64,000 bases of DNA from contig CAWICA010000002.1 in assembly GCA_963834525.1 (NCBI GenBank), forward strand, positions 36,666 to 100,665. The letters are read 5' to 3'. The stretch is from Bryobacterales bacterium. GTDB taxonomy: Bacteria; Cyanobacteriota; Vampirovibrionia; Obscuribacterales; Obscuribacteraceae. The notes beneath the pieces are model-generated. The model had not been told where the DNA came from. It worked only from the letters and a program-made list of their open reading frames with translations, and searched no databases. This document shows, piece after piece, positions 58,140 to 64,000 of this stretch (the first letter of the stretch is position 1; each line of letters begins with the position of its first letter). Position numbers and translations under genes: made by a program.

Positions 58140-58994
58140 TTGACTTACGCACCAGCCAAGTCCGGAGTAAATAAAGACACTTCCCTGCCTGAAAAAGCAG
58201 GAGCGTCTGGGCTGTTTTCTTTCGACAACGCCAGCTTCTTGTATGAGCCATATCCGATCGGCTTGATTAAACCGGCAATGGAGCCAAGTTTTTATCAGGA
58301 TCTGGTCAATACATTTCCCGATATTTCTCTCTTCAAAGAAATGCCCTACCTGGGCAACAAAGGCTCGAAAAAATGGTCTCTGGCAGAATTGAATAATGGC
58401 GAGAACTATCGAGCTTTTCTTCAAAAGAATGCGGCATGGAAAAAATTCCACGATTGGGTGAAAAGCCCGGAATTTTTGGTGCAAACAATTGAGTTTCTCA
58501 ATCGCAGCAATATAGAACTTGGCTATTTGCGTCCTGATGCCAACAGAGTTGACACCTGGTTGCAGAAATTAGATTTAGCGATTAGAAAATTCAAGAACGG
58601 TCACACATTGCCTTTAACAGCTCGTTTTGAATTTTCAGTTCTGCCGGCCGATGGCGGGCAGTTGCATCCTCATACTGATTCACCGTGGAAAGCGATTACT
58701 TATGTCGTATCCATGGCCAAGCCAGGTGAATGGGATCAGTCAATAGGCGGCGGCACCGATGTTTTACGGCCAAAAAAGGCAAAGCTAAGTTTCGGCTGGT
58801 TGAACGGCTATAAGGAATTCGACGATTGCGAAGTGATTCACACTTACGAATTCGAACCGAATCAAGCGATAGTTTTCGTCAAGACTTTCAATTCGTGGCA
58901 TTGCGTCAGGCCGATTCAGGGACACGGTTCAAAGGCTCTGCGCAGAACGCTGACAATAAATATCGAGAAAATCGACAAGTCAATTTTGCCTTGA
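58140..58994 (+). CDS. Putative 2-oxoglutarate/Fe(II)-dependent oxygenase-like protein
   Basis: 'GGQLHPHTDSPWKAITYVVSM' (H-x-D) and a distal 'FNSWHCVRP' His fit a 2OG-Fe(II) facial triad. TTG start; the exact start is uncertain. The family call is tentative. Confidence 0.45.
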   Translation: MTYAPAKSGVNKDTSLPEKAGASGLFSFDNASFLYEPYPIGLIKPAMEPSFYQDLVNTFPDISLFKEMPYLGNKGSKKWSLAELNNGENYRAFLQKNAAWKKFHDWVKSPEFLVQTIEFLNRSNIELGYLRPDANRVDTWLQKLDLAIRKFKNGHTLPLTARFEFSVLPADGGQLHPHTDSPWKAITYVVSMAKPGEWDQSIGGGTDVLRPKKAKLSFGWLNGYKEFDDCEVIHTYEFEPNQAIVFVKTFNSWHCVRPIQGHGSKALRRTLTINIEKIDKSILP

Positions 58995-60197
58995 CTTCAA
59001 CTTTCTAAGCGGGGCTGTCACTTTCCACGACATGCTGTTGCCGATTTCGCTCAATGCTTGGCGCAATTCGGCAATCTCCTTGTCTTTTTCCATAGTCTCT
59101 TGCTTCAAAGAGTTGGTTGTCTCTAACAGCTCAGATTTTTCCTTGTTCCAATTCAATTCAGACTGAGCATATGCTCGTGCTGCTGCTTTGCCTTTGCGCA
59201 AGCCGCTTTGATACAAAGCACTTTGCAAAAATGACAAAATTGCTAATCCTTTTAATTCAGATGAAAGATTGCGCGGCTTGCCTCGCTCGCTAGAAAAGAA
59301 CGAAAGCGGATCAGCTCCACCGCACATGTCTTGCAATACTGATGTTGGCTCCTGCAAGCGCTTGGCCTCGGACAGCTCGTATTCAAAATGGCGAATCACC
59401 ATATCAATGACATTTAAACAATAATCTTCCGAGGTCAGTCCCGCTTTTTCCAGATAATTCTTGTACCTCGCGCCCAAAAGAAACCAATCCATGGAAGCAG
59501 TCATATCGGCTGAACGAGCTTGGCTCCAGCTTTCAGCATGGTGCCGGAATTTACACAGCTCATCAGCAATGAAGTAATAGTCGCCGTGCTGCAATAGGCG
59601 ATAACTGTATTCCAGATCACCAATTTGTTTGAACGCCGGATCGTAACCAGTGCCCGCGTGTTCTCTGCGAAACATTTGCGAAACCGGCTCACCAAGCCAA
59701 TTGACAGCCTCCTTGAGCGTTTTGGCAATCGCTTCGACAGCGGAGATCCGGGTGTCTTGGGTAAACGGCTTCATAACTTTAGCAGCACGCTGCGACTTCG
59801 CTTCCAGTACTTGTCCTTCGGCATCGATCCAGGATCTGGCGCTGGTCACTAAGCTAACACCGTGTTCTTTCTCAAGAACGGCAACCATCCTCTCTATAGC
59901 ATCCGGTCTAAGAAGATCGTCGTGGGCAAACGGTTTTATGTATTTGCCGGTCGCACGCCTCATACATTCATTGTAATTGCCAAATAACTTCAAGTTTCGC
60001 TCGTTTATCCAATGCTTGATGCGAGTATCTTTGTCCGCATATGACGCAATGATTTGCTCTGTCTCGTCAGTCGATCGATCGTTAGCAATGAGCAGCTCAA
60101 AGTCTGAATAAGTTTGCGCCAAAACGCTATCGATAGCCTGGGACAGATAATTGACACCGTTATAAACTGGCAAGCAGATTGATACTTCAGGCATCAT
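58980..60197 (-). CDS. GT2 glycosyltransferase with C-terminal coiled coil and S-W-K tail
   Basis: 'VSICLPVYNGVNYLSQAIDSVLAQTYSDFELLIANDRSTDET' and 'FAHDDLL' (DXD intact). C-terminal 'KDKEIAELRQALSEIGNSMSWKVTAPLRKLKSRQN'. The start ATG shares one base with the upstream TAA stop. Confidence 0.7.
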   Translation of the reverse strand: MMPEVSICLPVYNGVNYLSQAIDSVLAQTYSDFELLIANDRSTDETEQIIASYADKDTRIKHWINERNLKLFGNYNECMRRATGKYIKPFAHDDLLRPDAIERMVAVLEKEHGVSLVTSARSWIDAEGQVLEAKSQRAAKVMKPFTQDTRISAVEAIAKTLKEAVNWLGEPVSQMFRREHAGTGYDPAFKQIGDLEYSYRLLQHGDYYFIADELCKFRHHAESWSQARSADMTASMDWFLLGARYKNYLEKAGLTSEDYCLNVIDMVIRHFEYELSEAKRLQEPTSVLQDMCGGADPLSFFSSERGKPRNLSSELKGLAILSFLQSALYQSGLRKGKAAARAYAQSELNWNKEKSELLETTNSLKQETMEKDKEIAELRQALSEIGNSMSWKVTAPLRKLKSRQN

Positions 60198-63100
60198 TAC
60201 CTTTGAGCGAATGCTACTAGTTGTTCGGAGTTATCATGATCCGGCTGATCAGATCTGGACTTATATAAGTCACGCCATGGTTGCTGAATGAAACCAGCTG
60301 GTAGTTGATAATATTCCTCAGCCAGCGCTCTGTAGTCTTCCCCATGAACCGCCGCCAGAGAGACCAATTTCGTATCGAGAATCTGGTCGTTGATCTTGCC
60401 TGCCTGCTTCATCCAGTCAATGGGAAAAAGCGTTCCCCAATTGATTTGCTTAAGACGATTGGCAATTGCACCCAGATCAAAGGCGAATGGGTAGAGATTA
60501 GCGCACATGGCAATGCTCAATGTATAGGAAAATGTCTCTGGCCATACAGAGGCAAAGAAAGATGCGTGACAGCCGATGCGATCTATGACATCCATCACCT
60601 TATCTTCCTGGTAAGGACCGGTTATCGACACGTTAGGCAATTTGCCAAGAACAGCCTCATCAGTGCTTCCTCCGACAATGACAAAGTGCAGTGGCAACCT
60701 GCGTTCACAGGCGTCTTGAGCGCAAGCGATGACCACATCTCGGCCTTTGTTGAGAGCAAGCGCTCCGATCACCGCTACTTTCAACGGCTCATCAACGCTC
60801 CGTCTCTTGATCGGTAAGGGTACTGCGGGAAGTTTCTCCGGATACGGTTGCATAATTAAGTTTAGTCCGTCAAAACGGGAGGCGAATCTAGCCAACACGT
60901 CCGGATTCTGGACGATTACTGCTCGCATTCTCTTTAGTAGCCTTTGAAAATCAGCCCGCCATGTGCTGACGTTCACTCGTCCGTAGGCGCTGCCGTTAGC
61001 GTCGATACATGTCTGGCAGCTGGACTGATCCGGTTCCCGGCAGTATATGCCGCTGCCGTCGATAAAATTGGCCCGCGGGCAGATGACAGCATAATCGTGC
61101 GTACTGAAATCAATCGGCACGTCACAGTTGACCGATACCATTTCCACCCAATCTTTTACTCTCGGTCCATAACACGCTAGCTGATTGAAATGAATGTGGC
61201 CGACTTTGAGAGCTTTCAACAATTCCTCTGTTTGTGGCCAGGGCGCGCTCATATCGATCTTGATATTGGGCAAAAGTCCTGTATCTAGACAATAGACTTC
61301 GCCGATCTCAGCCGCCTTTCTGGAAGGGCGAATAATAAATGCCCGCACGCCCAATGCTTGCCAACGTTCCGCCAGGTCCAATGTGTGGCGCTCAACCCCT
61401 CCGCCTAAACGGTGGCCAAATAGCAAGATCGAGCGATCGAATTTCGCCGGTACAGCACGCGCTAGATCAATTTGTTGCCGCACCGACGCCACCGGATCAA
61501 TTTTGCAAAAATCATCGATCAGCTTTTCATAGAATGGGTAGCGCTCCCGTATCACCTTTTCGCCGTGTTCCAGGTGGATGTTCTTGTCCGCACCAAACGA
61601 TGCGTTACCAATATGACGAACGAAAACATCCGCCGCCAAGACGTTTCGCCAGCCGCGCGCAGTGGCTCTAAGACAAAAGTCATTTTCCTCGCCATAGCCT
61701 TTGCCAAAAGCTTCTTGATCAAAGGCTCCCACATCCGCAAGACATTCACGTTTGATTAGCATGCAAAAGCCAACAGCGGTTGGAATATCTACAATTTTGC
61801 CTGCGTGCAGTCGGGCGACGATACCATCGAGATCCCGGTATTCAATTTCCAACTTCTTGTCGTTGTTCTGCAAGAACTTTGGATAACTACAGATGATCGC
61901 ATTGTTACTTAATGGCGTCACAGTTCCTATCTGAGGATGAGAGTGAGCAGCCGCCGTGAGCCTGTCCAGCCAGCCATCAAAAACGATCGCATCGGAATTC
62001 AAAAGAACGATGTCTGTCGAGGATGAAGCGGCAAAACCTTTGTTCACAGAACGCACGAAACCAAGATTTTCCTCATTTCGAATCAACTTGAACAATTGCA
62101 ATTTAGCCAATAGATCAAGTTCAAAACTAAGCTCAGACTCCGGTGAAGCATCGTCAATGACGATCAATTGATATGGCAAGCTTGATGCCGCTTGTAACAC
62201 AGAGTAGACGCAAGCTAAAGATAATTCCTTGTCTCGATAGACGGGAACGATCACAGTGACAACAGGCTTGCCCTCACTCAACAAACTGCTGTCGTTAGCG
62301 CTTGCCTCTGATTGCCGGGCCCGTTCAGTCGCTAGCTTTTGCCAATCGTCGGCCGAAGGAGCCTTGGGCACTGGCGCTATCTCTTGCCCTTGGCAAAATT
62401 CATCATCATCCAAGGGATTAGACATGGCTATTCCTGGCGGCACCGTACAGCGATTCTCTTTGGCACCGATTTGACAGTAATGAGCGAACGGACCATATTC
62501 ATAAACGGCGACATCTGGATTCTGAAAGAGATAAAAGTCCTGGTCAAAAGCTCGGTTAGGTCGCATTCTGTCGTGACGACCGTATTGCAAATAGTGCTCC
62601 AGAGCTGTCTCATACTGGCTTAGTTGACCGCAATATTGCCTGTAATAAACCGTGTCGAAATAGGGATTGGGCTGGCGACCTTCTTGATCACCACACCGTA
62701 TATAGTGGCATAGCGGCTCGACTTGCGCTGCTCTGACATCGGCATTGGCGGTCAAATAATAGAGTGGATCAAAAGTAGGATGAGGCTTAAATCCGCGCTT
62801 CCACCCTTCTGTCAGGTAATGGACTAAAGCAGACTCGACCGGTTGGCTAAGAGCCAGTTGTTTTTTGTAAAAGCGAACATCAAATAATGGATGTGGATTC
62901 AGTCCTTGCTCTTCACCTGAGTCAAGATAATGTTCGAGCAAAGTCATACCAGTTGGCCGCTTGCCTGACAGTTGACCGAGATAAAATCGAGAATCGAACA
63001 GTGGATGCGGTCTCAATCCAATAGCGTCACCCACAGATACATAATGTTCAAAAGCATTGGCGGCAAGAGGGAGATCCGCCTGGCTGCCGTAAAATAATTC

Positions 63101-63223
63101 GTCAAACGGAAGGAATCTATGTGGCGGTGGCGCTGATTTCGCCGGCACCTCCGGCAATTGAGACTGCCGGCTATAGGACAACTTACGCCAGGGTGGGAGC
63201 CAAGTAGGGAGCCGGAAATTCAT
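60197..63223 (-). CDS. 1008-aa multidomain glycosyltransferase: six N-terminal repeats of about 37 aa, a GT2 domain, and a C-terminal GT-B-like domain
   Basis: Repeats 'FD..FY....(10-14)..HY...G..EG..P.P.' occur 6 times (residues about 40-265). GT2 domain: 'VTVIVPVYRDKELSLACVYSVL..YQLIVIDDASPE', 'VLLNSDAIVFDGWL', 'YGEENDFCLRATARGW'. The C-terminus 'LKVAVIGALALNKGRDVV..HFVIVGGSTDE..FFASVWPETFSYTLSIAM' is GT-B-like. Confidence 0.75.
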   Translation of the reverse strand: MNFRLPTWLPPWRKLSYSRQSQLPEVPAKSAPPPHRFLPFDELFYGSQADLPLAANAFEHYVSVGDAIGLRPHPLFDSRFYLGQLSGKRPTGMTLLEHYLDSGEEQGLNPHPLFDVRFYKKQLALSQPVESALVHYLTEGWKRGFKPHPTFDPLYYLTANADVRAAQVEPLCHYIRCGDQEGRQPNPYFDTVYYRQYCGQLSQYETALEHYLQYGRHDRMRPNRAFDQDFYLFQNPDVAVYEYGPFAHYCQIGAKENRCTVPPGIAMSNPLDDDEFCQGQEIAPVPKAPSADDWQKLATERARQSEASANDSSLLSEGKPVVTVIVPVYRDKELSLACVYSVLQAASSLPYQLIVIDDASPESELSFELDLLAKLQLFKLIRNEENLGFVRSVNKGFAASSSTDIVLLNSDAIVFDGWLDRLTAAAHSHPQIGTVTPLSNNAIICSYPKFLQNNDKKLEIEYRDLDGIVARLHAGKIVDIPTAVGFCMLIKRECLADVGAFDQEAFGKGYGEENDFCLRATARGWRNVLAADVFVRHIGNASFGADKNIHLEHGEKVIRERYPFYEKLIDDFCKIDPVASVRQQIDLARAVPAKFDRSILLFGHRLGGGVERHTLDLAERWQALGVRAFIIRPSRKAAEIGEVYCLDTGLLPNIKIDMSAPWPQTEELLKALKVGHIHFNQLACYGPRVKDWVEMVSVNCDVPIDFSTHDYAVICPRANFIDGSGIYCREPDQSSCQTCIDANGSAYGRVNVSTWRADFQRLLKRMRAVIVQNPDVLARFASRFDGLNLIMQPYPEKLPAVPLPIKRRSVDEPLKVAVIGALALNKGRDVVIACAQDACERRLPLHFVIVGGSTDEAVLGKLPNVSITGPYQEDKVMDVIDRIGCHASFFASVWPETFSYTLSIAMCANLYPFAFDLGAIANRLKQINWGTLFPIDWMKQAGKINDQILDTKLVSLAAVHGEDYRALAEEYYQLPAGFIQQPWRDLYKSRSDQPDHDNSEQLVAFAQR

Positions 63224-63261
63224 TCTGAAAGCGCCTTAATCAGAGAATGGAATTATATCGG

Positions 63262-63306
63262 AGAAAATGTTCAGATAGAAAATGTTCAGATAGAAAATGT
63301 TCAGAC
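63262..63306. repeat. 3 x 15-bp tandem repeat (AGAAAATGTTCAGAT) in a divergent intergenic region
   Basis: agaaaatgttcagat agaaaatgttcagat agaaaatgttcagac. It lies 39 nt upstream of the start at 63223 (minus-strand gene) and about 220 nt upstream of the ATG at 63525 (plus-strand gene). Confidence 0.9.
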
Positions 63307-63524
63307 AGTGCCTGTCCGCGCTATGTTCGCATAACTTGACTTCCGATAACTTAAATCCAAATCAGCTTGCCGAGCTCGGGCGGACTTTCTTCACATTGAA
63401 GCGGGGCTTCACAACCTATTGCTAAAGACCGCTGGTAAAGTGTCTGCACAGATGACATCATAATCGCTAAGCCGAGAATAAATCTGCCTTCGTCCCCTTA
63501 ACTCGGGCTCCGCTGGAAAAACTG

Positions 63525-64000
63525 ATGTACGATAAAATTGCTGTTTCGGTTTGCTTGCCCATTTTTAACGGCGCCAAATACTTGGAGCAGGCGATAAATT
63601 GCGTACTGGATCAAGATTTTCAGAACTTTGAGCTCCTGATATCAGATGACGGCTCAACTGATGACAGTTGGAGCATTGTTGAACGCTATGCCAAGCAGGA
63701 TGCAAGGATATCTGCCTGGAAAACAAGCAAACAACTCGGGCTTTTTGGTAACTATAACGAATGCCTCAGGCGAGCTAAAGGTACTTATATCAAGCCTTTC
63801 GCTCAGGACGACTTAATTGAGAAGAACTGCCTGAGTCGCATGATGCAAATTTTCAACGAACATCGAGATGTCTCGCTCGTAACCTCAGCAAGAAATATCA
63901 TTGATGGCCAAGGAAATCTTCTCTCGCTGGAACGACAATTCGATACCGATACCAAATTGACAGCCAACGAGACGATCAAAGGCAACATGGCCACATTCGT
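63525..64000 (+). CDS. GT2 glycosyltransferase, 5' partial (runs off the window), paralog of 58980-60197
   Basis: Not in the ORF track because there is no stop within the window. My translation from ATG 63525 is 'MYDKIAVSVCLPIFNGAKYLEQAINCVLDQDFQNFELLISDDGSTDDSWSIVERYAKQDARISAWKTSKQLGLFGNYNECLRRAKGTYIKPFAQDDLI..VTSARNIIDGQG'. It is collinear with the 58980-60197 product. Confidence 0.7.
   Translation, partial: MYDKIAVSVCLPIFNGAKYLEQAINCVLDQDFQNFELLISDDGSTDDSWSIVERYAKQDARISAWKTSKQLGLFGNYNECLRRAKGTYIKPFAQDDLIEKNCLSRMMQIFNEHRDVSLVTSARNIIDGQGNLLSLERQFDTDTKLTANETIKGNMATF

Overview
The whole 64-kb window is one very large, gene-dense cell-surface glycan biosynthesis locus (O-antigen, capsule or S-layer-glycan type) that uses ABC-transporter-dependent export (Wzm/Wzt at 25.0-27.5 kb). 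I support about 48 protein-coding genes. I found no rRNA or tRNA genes, no transposase or integrase, and no CRISPR array. The locus holds more than twenty glycosyltransferase-type domains (GT2, GT4/GT-B, GT41-like, GT-C-like). It also holds three DegT-type aminotransferases, three WecD-like GNAT acyltransferases, six SDR-type nucleotide-sugar enzymes, two tandem AT3 O-acyltransferases and two SAM methyltransferases. A radical-SAM/SPASM, membrane protein and AsnB-like amidotransferase trio is also present. Recognisable pathways are a dTDP-4-amino-4,6-dideoxyhexose route (rfbB, wecE, WecD-like), a UDP-2-acetamido-2,6-dideoxy-L-hexose cassette (CapE/FnlA-like, RmlD-like, 2-epimerase), GDP-fucose synthase, and an Arn-like polyprenyl-phosphate-sugar plus GT-C module. 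The most unusual observations are: (1) a Wzt ATPase with an N-terminal four-helix membrane module like that of PglF/WbpM/WbaP and no C-terminal glycan-binding domain; (2) a roughly 130-aa C-terminal domain shared by a soluble GT2 and both AT3 acyltransferases, where OafA-type enzymes carry an SGNH domain; (3) a family of GT2-like paralogs with coiled coils, a recurring S-W-R/K tail and partly degenerate DXD motifs; (4) at least six small indels between 29.9 and 52.7 kb, including a compensated pair that leaves an SDR ORF open but reads 28 codons out of frame; (5) three separate triple tandem micro-repeats in intergenic regions of the right arm. All functional calls come from motif recognition by eye and need HMM or BLAST confirmation. 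The organism is not identified.
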